The notes below the pieces were generated by a model. That model made no database searches and was not told the DNA's origin. It saw nothing but the letters and a program-made list of their open reading frames with translations. A stretch of 64,000 nt of DNA from a candidate division WOR-3 bacterium (GTDB lineage Bacteria; Hydrothermota; Tepidihabitantia; Tepidihabitantales; Tepidihabitantaceae). Below are positions 9,684-19,634 of this stretch, one piece after another. Position 1 is the first letter of the stretch. Each line of letters begins with the position of its first letter. The position numbers and the translations under genes are program-made. The DNA lies in NCBI GenBank assembly GCA_965649205.1, contig CBFGJV010000006.1, positions 26,015 through 90,014 of the forward strand, written 5' to 3'.

Positions 9684-10951
9684 ACAACCGGTTTCTATCT
9701 GATGGAGACTTGCCCTTCTGCCCAGGCTGTGGCCACGCTCTTACTGTACGCAACACGGCGAGAGCGCTGGAAAAACTACAACTCGACCCTCTTGATGTGG
9801 TCTTGGTCACTGACATTGGCTGCCATGGCATCATTGATCGTAACTTTCATACCCATACGGTACACGGCATCCACGGTCGCTCGCTTGCCTTGTCCGCAGG
9901 CATAGCCTCCTGCCTGCCAGAAGGCAAGGTAGTCATCGCTTTCTTGGGAGATGGCGGGGCAATCATCGGTCTCCAGCATCTCTTTCAGGCCGCTCACTAC
10001 AACTTTCCCCTTACCGCTGTCGTTTTTAACAACATGCTTTATGGCATGACCGGCGGTCAACCCTCCGGACTTACTCCCTGCGGCTACCGCACGCCTACCC
10101 ACCCCACAGGTACCAGAGAAGCGGGGATTGACCTGTGTCGCTGGTTGCATGCCGCAGGAGCTGCCAGCGTGGAACGGGTCATCTGCCGCGGCGACTTCTC
10201 AGACGCAATTTCCCGGGCCATTTTGACACCCGGGTTTTCGCTCGTGGAAGTGATAGAACAATGTCCTAGCTACGGAATTAAGCACAACCCTGGCCGGTCT
10301 GTGGAAGAACTACTGGATGCCGCCGGCCTCTCCGTAGGTTTATGGCGCAACGAAAATGCCGTACCGACTCGCTTCTCACCCCGGGAAAACCTGGACTCGC
10401 TCCTGCATCTGGAACCCCTTGAGCAGAAGTATACCGCCACTCTGAACCGCCGCATCTCCATACTTGTTGGCGGCTCGGCTGGCGAGGGAGTACAATCTGC
10501 CGCCGAGATGTTCGCTCGTGCGGCCATTTCTTCCGGACTAAGCGCCACCAAACGGGGTTGGTACCCGGTAACTGTCGGCACCGGTTATTCGGCTGCAGAC
10601 ATCGTCATTTCCCCAGAACCAATTCTTTACGCGGGCGTAGTAGTACCGGACCTGGCCGTTCTTACTTCTGAAGACGGCTTCAAACGTTGTGCTTCTACCG
10701 TACGCCCTATGCCTTCCGGGTGGGTACTGCTTGATGATGACCTGCCCGAATTGGAAACCAGAGCCTGTCTAAAACGTGCCCCGCTTCGCCGAACCGCTGG
10801 CCGCCGTCAGGCAGCGTTGTATGCGCTTGCCCTCCTTTTACGCGAACACAAACTGTTTCCCCTTTCCGCCCTGCTGGAGGCACACAAACACAGCAAACTC
10901 GCAACTAAATTGGATCTGACCCGTCTTCTCTCTGCAGAGGAGAACGTATGA
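9680..10951 (+). CDS. 2-oxoacid:ferredoxin oxidoreductase beta subunit (TPP-binding) fused to a gamma-like C-terminal domain
   Basis: The N-terminus has CPGCGH...IGCHG...FLGDGG (TPP/Fe-S binding). The C-terminal ~170 aa (ILVGGSAGEGVQSAAEMFARAA...YPVTVGTGYSAADIVISPEPI) resembles the OFOR gamma subunit. It overlaps the alpha gene by 4 nt. Confidence 0.75.
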   Translation: MNNRFLSDGDLPFCPGCGHALTVRNTARALEKLQLDPLDVVLVTDIGCHGIIDRNFHTHTVHGIHGRSLALSAGIASCLPEGKVVIAFLGDGGAIIGLQHLFQAAHYNFPLTAVVFNNMLYGMTGGQPSGLTPCGYRTPTHPTGTREAGIDLCRWLHAAGAASVERVICRGDFSDAISRAILTPGFSLVEVIEQCPSYGIKHNPGRSVEELLDAAGLSVGLWRNENAVPTRFSPRENLDSLLHLEPLEQKYTATLNRRISILVGGSAGEGVQSAAEMFARAAISSGLSATKRGWYPVTVGTGYSAADIVISPEPILYAGVVVPDLAVLTSEDGFKRCASTVRPMPSGWVLLDDDLPELETRACLKRAPLRRTAGRRQAALYALALLLREHKLFPLSALLEAHKHSKLATKLDLTRLLSAEENV

Positions 10952-11027
10952 GTCAGAAAGCCTTTGTTTGCCTGCGTCAGTACGGTTTTTCGTTTTATTT
11001 AATCCTAAACAATAATCAGGAGGACTT

Positions 11028-12227
11028 ATGATAGACTTCTCTTTCACTGAAGAACAGAAGTTTGTACAAGACTTGGCGCGCAAGTGGGCCCAAGCCGAGG
11101 TGCTGCCTCTAATTCAGGAAAAAGACCAGAAAGCCGAATTCGACCCTGCGTTTCTTCGCGGCATGGCGGCGCTGGGGTTGCTGGGCCTTTCCCTGCCCTC
11201 AAGGTATGGCGGCATCGGCAATGACTATATCGCCCTAGGCTTGGCCTGCGAAGAACTGGAGTATGTTGATACCTCCCTGCGCGTCATTCTCTCGGTCCAC
11301 ATCGGACTAAACAGTCTCACCCTGCTCTCCTGGGCAACGGAAGAGCAGAAACAGCGCTGGCTGGTGCCACAGGCCAAAGGGGAAAAACTGGGCACCTTTG
11401 GTCTTACGGAACCTGCAGCTGGCAGCGACGCTCTCGGTATCCAGTGCACCGCCCGCAAAGACGGCACTGACTATGTGATCAGCGGCGAAAAAATGTGGAT
11501 TTCTCTGGCTGACATTGCCGACCATTTCATAATCCTTGCCTGGACCGATGCAGAAAAAAAGCAACGCCGCGACCACACGGGCATGTCTGCTTTTCTTCTC
11601 GAACGAGGTATGAAGGGCCTTTCAACAGCCACCATACACGGCAAATTGGGAGTGCGGGCGGGAAACACCGGTTCCATCGCCCTGGACGAGGTCCGCGTAC
11701 CAAAGGAAAACATCTTAGGCCAGGAGGGTGAAGGATTCCGCATCGCCATGTTTGCCATAGACCAGGGCCGCTACACCGTAGCCGCCGGCTCTACTGGCCT
11801 GATTCGCGCCTGCCTTGATGCATCAGTAGAATACGCTCAGACTCGCACCACCTTCGGCCGCCCCATAGCAGAGCATCAACTTATCAAAGAGATGATAGCG
11901 GAAATGGCTTCCGACTACGAAGCTGCCCGATTGCTCTGGCTAAAAGCCGGGTGGCTTAAGAACGAAGGACGGCGCAATACCCGCGAAACATCACTTGCCA
12001 AGATGTACGCCTGCCAGTGTGCGGAAAAAGCCGCTTCCAACGCGGTCCAGATTCATGGCGCCTATGGCTTCTCCAACGAATACAACGTGGAACGCTTCTA
12101 TCGCAACGCCAAAGGCGCACAGATATACGAAGGTTCGCGGGAAATACACAAACTCCTGCAAGCTGACTATGCACTCGGCTTGCGCCAGGATAAGCCCACC
12201 CGCTGCACACTGCCCAAACCTGAATAG
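11028..12227 (+). CDS. acd: Acyl-CoA dehydrogenase
   Basis: 399 aa. Contains GLTEPAAGSDA, YEGSREIHKLL and QIHGAYGFSNEYNVERFYRNAK, typical of the ACAD family. An AGGAGG SD lies 5 nt upstream. Confidence 0.9.
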   Translation: MIDFSFTEEQKFVQDLARKWAQAEVLPLIQEKDQKAEFDPAFLRGMAALGLLGLSLPSRYGGIGNDYIALGLACEELEYVDTSLRVILSVHIGLNSLTLLSWATEEQKQRWLVPQAKGEKLGTFGLTEPAAGSDALGIQCTARKDGTDYVISGEKMWISLADIADHFIILAWTDAEKKQRRDHTGMSAFLLERGMKGLSTATIHGKLGVRAGNTGSIALDEVRVPKENILGQEGEGFRIAMFAIDQGRYTVAAGSTGLIRACLDASVEYAQTRTTFGRPIAEHQLIKEMIAEMASDYEAARLLWLKAGWLKNEGRRNTRETSLAKMYACQCAEKAASNAVQIHGAYGFSNEYNVERFYRNAKGAQIYEGSREIHKLLQADYALGLRQDKPTRCTLPKPE

Positions 12228-12239
12228 AGAGGAGCAGAA

Positions 12240-12428
12240 ATGCCGGTCATATATCTGAAGTCTGGCGGCAGCGTGACCTGCGCCGCCTACACTCTCAAGG
12301 AAGGAATGATCCGCGCTGTAGACGTAAAGTTCAACGACGTACCCGGCATCCCGGAAGAAAAGTCAACCATGAGCAATGCGGACGTTTCTCCGGCTAACAT
12401 ACTATATATATTGCCGGGCAAGGTATAA
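12240..12428 (+). CDS. Small hypothetical protein (62 aa)
   Basis: Strong AGGAG SD 6 nt upstream of the ATG and 12 nt after the acd stop. No recognisable motif. Confidence 0.4.
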   Translation: MPVIYLKSGGSVTCAAYTLKEGMIRAVDVKFNDVPGIPEEKSTMSNADVSPANILYILPGKV

Positions 12429-12466
12429 CCGCACAACTCTCGGATTCATACCTCCTTTATGACTGA

Positions 12467-13579
12467 ATGAGCGCTACGTCCCCTCGCGTTCTGGTACGCC
12501 GGGTGGGCGACTTGGCGAATGCCGTCGACGAAGCCTTGGACTTTATCGGCTACGACTTTGCCGGCAAGAAGGTATGGGTCAAACCTAACCTGCTGGGCCC
12601 TCACCCGCCAGAACGGTCAGTTACCACCGCACCAGAACTTGTCCGTCATGTTGTCCGTGCTCTCCGCGCTCGCCAAGCTACAGAAATCTGGGTAGCAGAC
12701 AATCCGGCTGGAGGACTTCAACGTCACATCGCCGAATACCTTGCCCCTACGGGCGTAGTCCAGGCTAGCGAAGGCTGTTTTCGCAGCATATCTGAAACGC
12801 CCGTCACGCTGCGACTGCAATCCCGCTTTATTCCTGAGATAGTAGTTTCCCGCATCATCACTGAAGCAGATGTCATTCTCAATCTCCCCGTGTTCAAAAC
12901 CCATGCCCTCACTATACTCACTGGAGCAGTAAAAAACCTGTTTGGCATTATTCCTGGTGGCCAGAAATCTGCCCTGCACATGCTTGCCCGCTCTGGTGAC
13001 GATTTTGGCGAACTTCTGGTTGATATCTACCAGGCTATCCCAATCCCGGTGCTTACAATAATGGATGCGTTACGCGGTATGGACGGCCTCAACGGTCCTT
13101 CTAGCGGACGCGTACTGTCTTTGGGCAGAATCTTATCCTCGCCCGACCCTGCCGCTCTGGATCTGGTAATGGCTAAGCTGGCTGGCGCAGACCCCCAAAG
13201 AATTCCCACGGTAAGAATTGCCGCTCAACGTGGACTTGGCCCTGCTCACCTAAACGAGATAAACTTGGCAGGCGACTGGGAACCGATACGCGGATTCAAA
13301 CTACCTCCGACCCGGCTCGCCACCAGTCTTACAGGCATCTCCTCCCTGCTCGCCTATCCCCTTCTCCGTCGCTGGCCCCTGCTCAAACCCCACCGCTGTA
13401 TCAAATGTAGCCGCTGCACTGATAACTGCCCAGTTAAGGCTATCAAGCTGATCCCCTTTCCCCAAATAGACCGTTCCAGATGCATACTCTGCTATTGTTG
13501 CGCGGAACTATGTCCAGTGAGCGCCATGCATGTCCCCGGTCAATTCCAAGCGCTGGTGCAAAACCTGCTCCGCCGCTAG
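12467..13579 (+). CDS. DUF362-domain protein with a C-terminal 2x[4Fe-4S] ferredoxin domain
   Basis: The C-terminus has CIKCSRCTDNCP and CILCYCCAELCP (two CxxCxxCxxxCP motifs). The N-terminal ~300 aa matches the DUF362 architecture. Confidence 0.7.
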   Translation: MSATSPRVLVRRVGDLANAVDEALDFIGYDFAGKKVWVKPNLLGPHPPERSVTTAPELVRHVVRALRARQATEIWVADNPAGGLQRHIAEYLAPTGVVQASEGCFRSISETPVTLRLQSRFIPEIVVSRIITEADVILNLPVFKTHALTILTGAVKNLFGIIPGGQKSALHMLARSGDDFGELLVDIYQAIPIPVLTIMDALRGMDGLNGPSSGRVLSLGRILSSPDPAALDLVMAKLAGADPQRIPTVRIAAQRGLGPAHLNEINLAGDWEPIRGFKLPPTRLATSLTGISSLLAYPLLRRWPLLKPHRCIKCSRCTDNCPVKAIKLIPFPQIDRSRCILCYCCAELCPVSAMHVPGQFQALVQNLLRR

Positions 13580-13917
13580 TAGTTTCTGCCTTCCCGGCTG
13601 TATGCTGACTTGTGTGCCCCCCACTGACAAGAACCCTCCACCCAATGACTTCGGAGCCTACCCCGACTTCCAACCGCAGGACATAGCACGCAACCCACCT
13701 ACTCTTCCTGCCGCCATTGATATCCTACGCCAGTTCCCAACTGCCATGACCACTTAACCCGTTACCATCACGTCAGTTACAGCCAAAACTCTTTTTCTGA
13801 TTCGTACTCGTATTCGTTCCCCCCCCCTCTCCTGAACCTGCTGACCGACTCAGTGGGGGAGTCACTCCCCCATCAATTTCCGTGCCAATTTTGCCGTCTT
13901 CGGGCCGTTCTCTTGTC

Positions 13918-14847
13918 TCAAACAGAAACCTGGGGAATATCTTTCGGGCGACTTACTGCCAGGTAGATAGCAAAAAGTATGACAACCCCGCCTATCACCT
14001 CCCAAGTTTTGGGCGGTTCTCGCAGCAGAAGCCAGCCCAAAAGCGAAGCCCCGACCGGTTCAAATAGGATGACCATCGCTACCACAGGTGCGGGCAAATA
14101 ACGAAGTGCCCAGTTGAAACTGGTATGACCTATCAATTGAGGACCAAGTCCCAGAAGCAGTATCAACATGTAACTTTTGCCTGAATACCCGACCACAGGC
14201 AAGCCCGCAACCGCCACAACCCCCAATAACAAGAGGGCGGCTACGGTGTACATCACGTAAACATAGCCCACCAGTCCCACCCGCTGTCTCACCCTTCTCC
14301 CCAGGAGAAGATACCCTGCCGCACATACAGCTCCTCCTATAGCCAGAAGATTTCCACTAGTAACAAGACTCGAGCCCAACCCCGGTCCGGCAATGAGAGC
14401 AGCACCCGCAACTCCCATGCCTGTAGCCAGATACAGACGCCAGGAAGTCTTTTCTCGCAAGAACAGGGGTGCAGCTAGAGCGACAAACACGGGGTCCATT
14501 GCCACAAGTACAACCGAACTGGTTATCGACGTACGTCTCAACGACTCTATCCAGAAGGCAAAGTGCAAAGCCAGAAAGACACCTGCGGCAATGGAAAACA
14601 TCCAATCTCTGGCTTGAAACTGTACCCTCATAAGCCGCCATCGTGTCCAGAAAAAAGGAGCAAGAAACAGCGCGGCAACAACCAGCCTGCCCGCCGCTAT
14701 TATCAGTGCCGGAGCTACCACAAGCCGGATTATGATGGCAGCAAAAGAAAGAGTGGTCACTCCTGCGGCCAAAACCAGTCCGGGGTTGACCTGCGCCTTT
14801 TTGTTTGCTGGCACAGTTTGTTCTAGCAAGTTCTGCCCGTCGGTCAA
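13918..14847 (-). CDS. EamA/DMT-family transporter (10 TM)
   Basis: 309 aa with two EamA-like halves, highly hydrophobic. Confidence 0.75.
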   Translation of the reverse strand: MTDGQNLLEQTVPANKKAQVNPGLVLAAGVTTLSFAAIIIRLVVAPALIIAAGRLVVAALFLAPFFWTRWRLMRVQFQARDWMFSIAAGVFLALHFAFWIESLRRTSITSSVVLVAMDPVFVALAAPLFLREKTSWRLYLATGMGVAGAALIAGPGLGSSLVTSGNLLAIGGAVCAAGYLLLGRRVRQRVGLVGYVYVMYTVAALLLLGVVAVAGLPVVGYSGKSYMLILLLGLGPQLIGHTSFNWALRYLPAPVVAMVILFEPVGASLLGWLLLREPPKTWEVIGGVVILFAIYLAVSRPKDIPQVSV

Positions 14848-14906
14848 GACGATTAATCGGGAAAAAGCCCGTTTGACTTACCAGTTGGTATTTCTAAGAT
14901 TCCGCC

Positions 14907-17165
14907 ATGCCTTGGTTCCTGCTGCTGCTTTCCAGTCAAACTCCTCTCACGAGCCCCGGAGTACTGATTTTCTCGGACACCGTTTTCTACGGCGGTAAAT
15001 TGGTACGTTTCTACAGCCGCACGGAAGAAGTGGTACTTTTGGATTCTGCCTGGGTCCGGTATCGGGATATGACTGTGTATTCTGATTCCATTCACTACCA
15101 CGTGGGAAAACACAGATTGACCGCAACCGGAGACGTACTCTTTGTCGCCGGCGAACAGAATGTCACCGGTTCCCTATTGCAGTATGATATTGACACCCGC
15201 AAAGGCTGGATGCGACAGGCACGCACCCGGGTAGAAAATGGTTTTTTCTGGGCCAGGGAACTCTGGCTGGTAAAAGAAAGAGTGCTGCACGCCCGCACCG
15301 GTTATTACACAACGTGTGATCATTACCCTCCTCATTACTATTTTCTGGGTCCGCGCACCAAGTTGCTTATGCATGATGTGGCTATCGCTGAACCCGTGGT
15401 GTTGAAGATTCTTGGTATGCCGGTACTGGCTGCTCCCTTCTGGCTGGTACCAGTCTCAGAAAAGCGTAAGTCAGGACTCATGTCCTTCAAAGTAGGAAAC
15501 GCCAAAGACCAGGGACTGTATGCCAAGAATCTGGCTTACTACTGGGTCATAAACGACTACGCAGACGCCACTTTCTACTGCGACGTAATGACCCGAAAAG
15601 GAATCCAGCCGCGGCTGGAGGCTGTGTACATAGTGAACCCCTATGCCCGCGGCTCTCTGCAAGGTTCTTTCATCCAGGAGTGGGATACCCGACGCAGACG
15701 GTACAGCGTAAACGCGGCTCACAACTCGCGCTTTTTCTTTGGTTCCGAACTGGCCGCCAAGGTTGACTACATCTCAGACCGCTCCTATGCGCCCGATTAC
15801 GCCGAGGAAAGATTGGAATGGCTGAAACAGGACGTACTGTCTTATGCCGAACTCGTACGCAGTTTCGGTCGTACCGCTCGAAGCTCAGCCCGAATTGAGT
15901 ATCAAAATGACTTCGCTCGCCATCGTCGTTTCATCAGCTTGCCCTCCGCCCGAGTAAGTTTCAGCGCTCGACCTCTGGCTGGGGGCTGGACGGCGAGCCC
16001 CAATCTTTCCGCCACAAACCTAATTTCGGTGTACTCTGATTCCCTCGGCAATGATACGGCGACGGTTGTCAACCGCAACGGAAAAACCAGCTTGGGAATC
16101 TCCAGCCCGCAGTATTCTTTAGCCCAGTTCGGCAATCTGAGCCTTTCCTGGGATTTGAGCTTGGCCGAGATGCGCTCTTGGCGCAATAGTCTGATCGCCT
16201 CCGCTTCCCGGCCGGCCACGCTTGGTTTCAACCTGCAGACTTCCCAAAAACTGGCCGGCTCTTTCCAGTTCTACGAAGACCTGAATTTTTCGCGCACCGA
16301 TAACCTGCTTGATTCAACTGCAGCTCCACCTGATTACTCGGCTTCACTTTCTTCCAGCTTCTCACTGTTCCGCATCTATGCTCTTGAAGCACTCGGACTT
16401 TACGGTGTCCTGCACACCGCTCGCCCCCTTATTCAAATTCGCTACTCACCGCAAGTCACAAGTTCCGGCTTCTTTGGTCGGTTGACCCCTCTCAACCCCG
16501 CAGCCGCAGCCGTCGATTTGGCCTTAGACAACGGATTTGAAGCTAAAACCGGAAAAGAAAAAAGCAAGTTCGACCTTGGTCGGCTAAGCCTGAACACAAA
16601 CTATGACCTGTTAAGCGGCAAATTGTCGCCGCTGCGGGCCGATGTCGCTGTTACACCCCTCAGTTTCGTGTCTGGCCTCCAGCTCCAGATAAACGCAGGA
16701 ACGAGCTTGAACTTTGCTACAAGACGTGTGAGCGAAGACTATTCATTTCTGACCACTTTGAACTGGAACAAAAGCGTATCCTGGAGACAAGCACGGCAAA
16801 CTCCGACAAACAAAGAAGAGTCGTTGCCCAAGTCGCCTGATTCTTCTCCTCCAGCTCCACAGCCCGGCATGGACATCGGGGTGAGCCTGAACTACGTTCT
16901 GACCAGAACCAGCAATATGCTTACCGGTAACATAACCATCTCTTTTCCCGGCTGGAAAGTTTCCGTAGGTAGTTTTGGTTACAACTTCGCCACCTCTCAA
17001 CTCACCAACTACAGTCTGACTATCTGGAAAGACCTACACTGTTGGGAGGCTATCGGAGAGCTGCGCAGACTTGGCAACAGATGGACCTACGATTTTCAGG
17101 TGCGTATCAAACTGTTGCAGGATGTGAGATTCAGCAAAAGTATGTTTGGTGCTTTCCTTCCATGA
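14907..17165 (+). CDS. lptD: LPS-assembly outer-membrane protein LptD (OstA family)
   Basis: 752 aa. An N-terminal OstA-like jellyroll is followed by a long beta-barrel region with alternating hydrophobic residues and a C-terminal aromatic residue (…FGAFLP). Confidence 0.6.
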   Translation: MPWFLLLLSSQTPLTSPGVLIFSDTVFYGGKLVRFYSRTEEVVLLDSAWVRYRDMTVYSDSIHYHVGKHRLTATGDVLFVAGEQNVTGSLLQYDIDTRKGWMRQARTRVENGFFWARELWLVKERVLHARTGYYTTCDHYPPHYYFLGPRTKLLMHDVAIAEPVVLKILGMPVLAAPFWLVPVSEKRKSGLMSFKVGNAKDQGLYAKNLAYYWVINDYADATFYCDVMTRKGIQPRLEAVYIVNPYARGSLQGSFIQEWDTRRRRYSVNAAHNSRFFFGSELAAKVDYISDRSYAPDYAEERLEWLKQDVLSYAELVRSFGRTARSSARIEYQNDFARHRRFISLPSARVSFSARPLAGGWTASPNLSATNLISVYSDSLGNDTATVVNRNGKTSLGISSPQYSLAQFGNLSLSWDLSLAEMRSWRNSLIASASRPATLGFNLQTSQKLAGSFQFYEDLNFSRTDNLLDSTAAPPDYSASLSSSFSLFRIYALEALGLYGVLHTARPLIQIRYSPQVTSSGFFGRLTPLNPAAAAVDLALDNGFEAKTGKEKSKFDLGRLSLNTNYDLLSGKLSPLRADVAVTPLSFVSGLQLQINAGTSLNFATRRVSEDYSFLTTLNWNKSVSWRQARQTPTNKEESLPKSPDSSPPAPQPGMDIGVSLNYVLTRTSNMLTGNITISFPGWKVSVGSFGYNFATSQLTNYSLTIWKDLHCWEAIGELRRLGNRWTYDFQVRIKLLQDVRFSKSMFGAFLP

Positions 17166-17235
17166 GCGGAACAAACGCACTGCTTTCTCGCTTGCTCTTT
17201 CCCGTTCTTCCCGGTAGGTTCAACCACTGTCTCTG

Positions 17236-17808
17236 ATGTTGTATTTGGCTTCCACCTCTCCCCGCAGACGTCAGATAATGCGAATGCTGGCCATTCCTTT
17301 CCGGGTTATCCCGCCCCGCTGGAATGAACCTGAACCTTCAGCCGGCACCGACCCGGCGGCTTATGTTCTCACCAATGCCAGAGCTAAAGCTGGTTCGGTC
17401 GGTATAAGAAAACCTGAGGCTCTGATTATTGGCGTGGATACTGCCGTAGTTCTGGGAAATACTGTCTTGGGCAAGCCTACCGGTCCTGCCCAAGTAATGG
17501 AAATGATGAAAATGCTGTCCGGGCGCACGCACCAAGTAATCACAGGCGTCTCCGTTCTTGCTGTTGCCCGACAGGTCACTTGGTCTGGAACAGAAATCAG
17601 CCTTGTGACTTTCCGCCGGCTCAATGCTCGGGAACTCTGTAATTACTCCCGCTTGCGAGAACCCTTAGACAAAGCCGGTGCCTATGCCATACAGGGATAC
17701 GCCGGCAGATTCATCACCGACCTTTCCGGAAGCTATTTCAATATAGTAGGACTGCCGGTCATGCTTCTGGTTAAACTGCTGATTCGCGCCGGCTACAACC
17801 CAGGGTAA
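17236..17808 (+). CDS. maf: Maf-like nucleoside triphosphate pyrophosphatase
   Basis: Contains LYLASTSPRRRQIM...IIGVDTAVVLGNTVLGKP...AYAIQG, which are Maf family signatures. Confidence 0.85.
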   Translation: MLYLASTSPRRRQIMRMLAIPFRVIPPRWNEPEPSAGTDPAAYVLTNARAKAGSVGIRKPEALIIGVDTAVVLGNTVLGKPTGPAQVMEMMKMLSGRTHQVITGVSVLAVARQVTWSGTEISLVTFRRLNARELCNYSRLREPLDKAGAYAIQGYAGRFITDLSGSYFNIVGLPVMLLVKLLIRAGYNPG

Positions 17809-17815
17809 GGTCTCT

Positions 17816-18526
17816 TCAGGGAGTTCTCTTCTTTAAAACAAAATGCAGGTCCTTGTCCCGACGCTCATCGTTATTTTCCAGCACGAACGCATATACATCG
17901 CTTGTTCGCAGACTGAAACGCAACGAATCCTCCCGAACCCGTATCCTACTGGCTAGAGTTTCGCAAGGTTGCCGTTGTAGCCAATGTCCGTAATTAGCCC
18001 GGTCAAACACAAGAACCGATACAGCCGGGGTATCCACAGCGAAAAAGACCTCTACTTCGTATCCTGCAGACAGACTCTCATGCCAGACCCGGAAAGTGCC
18101 AGCTTTTACTGCGCCCCAGTAGTCCATCAGCACAGTGGTTCGTCGGTTCACCCATATCACTATACTGTCGCTCGTCTTCAGACCTTCCTGGTCTGTCACT
18201 GTGCAACGTAACAATGCATACCCGGAAGACTCCGGCGCATACCACTTCACCCTGAACAAAGAGTCCCACGCCAGTCGACCGCGTGTTGCTTGCCAGGAGT
18301 AGACTACTGGTCCGCCTCCCCAATCCCAGGCCAGACAGTCATACTGAGCGCTGTCCAACGCAAGTACCACAGAATCACCCTTTATGTATTCAAGATGCGG
18401 GGGCTTGCCTTTCACGCAACCGGAGTATCCCCAAATCCCCAGAATCAGGAAAAACCAGGCTAACCGACAGACAGAAGACACAGGTGGCACTTCAAAGAAG
18501 TGTAACCGGCCCGACCGCCGTTTCAA
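17816..18526 (-). CDS. Hypothetical secreted/lipoprotein
   Basis: 236 aa. The N-terminal hydrophobic segment ends in GYSGC (lipobox-like). No other motif. Confidence 0.45.
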   Translation of the reverse strand: MKRRSGRLHFFEVPPVSSVCRLAWFFLILGIWGYSGCVKGKPPHLEYIKGDSVVLALDSAQYDCLAWDWGGGPVVYSWQATRGRLAWDSLFRVKWYAPESSGYALLRCTVTDQEGLKTSDSIVIWVNRRTTVLMDYWGAVKAGTFRVWHESLSAGYEVEVFFAVDTPAVSVLVFDRANYGHWLQRQPCETLASRIRVREDSLRFSLRTSDVYAFVLENNDERRDKDLHFVLKKRTP

Positions 18527-18573
18527 GAGCCGGAGGTCTTAGAATGCGATTTTGGACAGAAACCAAAAATGCC

Positions 18574-18601
18574 TTGACTTCGCTCTAGGCTCAAATATCC
18601 T
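18574..18601 (+). promoter_or_regulatory. Candidate sigma70-type promoter for the gap-pgk-tpiA operon
   Basis: TTGACT (18574-79), a 16-nt spacer, then TATCCT. AAAGGAGG SD 7 nt before the TTG start of gap. The 13-mer CCTTGACTTCGCT is shared with the secG upstream region. Confidence 0.3.
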
Positions 18602-18626
18602 TAGGCCAGACTGAAAGGAGGTCTAT

Positions 18627-19634
18627 TTGGCAGCCAGAATCGCAATCAACGGCTTCGGACGTATCGGCCGACTCGTAGCCCGCCTGACCGTTGATCATCC
18701 TCGTCTCACTCTGGTGGGCATCAACGATGTCACCGACTCCAAAACCTTGGCACACCTGCTCAAATACGACTCCGTACATGGCCGACTCCAAGTTGATATC
18801 ACTGCGCGCGAGAACGAAATCGTCATTGCCGGCCGCCCGGCCCGAGTTACAGCAGAGAAAGACCCGCAGAAGCTTCCCTGGCGAGAGCTGGGCGTGGATA
18901 TTGTCATTGAATCAACTGGAGTGTTTCGTTCCCAGGAAAAAGCCGGTTCCCACTTAGCTGCAGGTGCCAAAAAGGTGATTATTTCCGCTCCCCCAAAAGG
19001 CGAAGGAGTAAAATCTTTTGTCGTGGGCGTAAATCACACTACCTATAATCCCGAAACCGACCACATTATCTCCAATGCTTCTTGCACTACTAACTGCGTC
19101 GTACCAGTGGCCAAAGTCCTGCATGACAACTTTGGCATAAAAAGCGCATACATGACTACGGTTCACGCCTACACCAATGATCAGCGCATTCTGGATTTGC
19201 CTCACTCCGACCTGCGCCGAGCTCGAGCTGCTGGACTCTCCATGATTCCCACCTCCACCGGGGCCGCAAAACTCATCGGCGTCATATTTCCCGAGCTCAA
19301 AGGCAAAGTAGATGGAATGGCCATCAGAGTTCCCACCGCTAATGTTTCCCTTGTAGACCTCAGCTGTATAACAGAGAAAAAGACCACGGTAGAGGAAGTG
19401 AACGCTGCTTTCCAAGCGGCTGCCTCAGGTTCTCTCAAAGGCATTCTGGAATACGTAACCGAACCACTTGTATCTGTGGATTTCAACGGCAATCCGCACT
19501 CTGCCTGTTTCGACTCCAGCCTTACTGCGGTCGTGGACGGAAACCTGGTCAAGACCTATTCCTGGTACGATAATGAGTACGGATACTCCTGCCGTCTGGT
19601 AGATTTAGCCTGTTACATCGCTACGTACCTATGA
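18627..19634 (+). CDS. gap: Glyceraldehyde-3-phosphate dehydrogenase (type I), TTG start
   Basis: Contains INGFGRIGR (NAD-binding) and the SCTTNC active site. 335 aa. Confidence 0.92.
   Translation: MAARIAINGFGRIGRLVARLTVDHPRLTLVGINDVTDSKTLAHLLKYDSVHGRLQVDITARENEIVIAGRPARVTAEKDPQKLPWRELGVDIVIESTGVFRSQEKAGSHLAAGAKKVIISAPPKGEGVKSFVVGVNHTTYNPETDHIISNASCTTNCVVPVAKVLHDNFGIKSAYMTTVHAYTNDQRILDLPHSDLRRARAAGLSMIPTSTGAAKLIGVIFPELKGKVDGMAIRVPTANVSLVDLSCITEKKTTVEEVNAAFQAAASGSLKGILEYVTEPLVSVDFNGNPHSACFDSSLTAVVDGNLVKTYSWYDNEYGYSCRLVDLACYIATYL

Noticed and set aside
13846-13864. Perfect 8-bp inverted repeat (GGGGGAGT-c-ACTCCCCC) between the convergent DUF362 and EamA genes, considered as a bidirectional terminator
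   Set aside because: The loop is only 1 nt, effectively a 7-bp stem with a 3-nt loop. Neither strand has a convincing U-tract, and it lies about 270 nt from the DUF362 stop. Noted, but not called a terminator.
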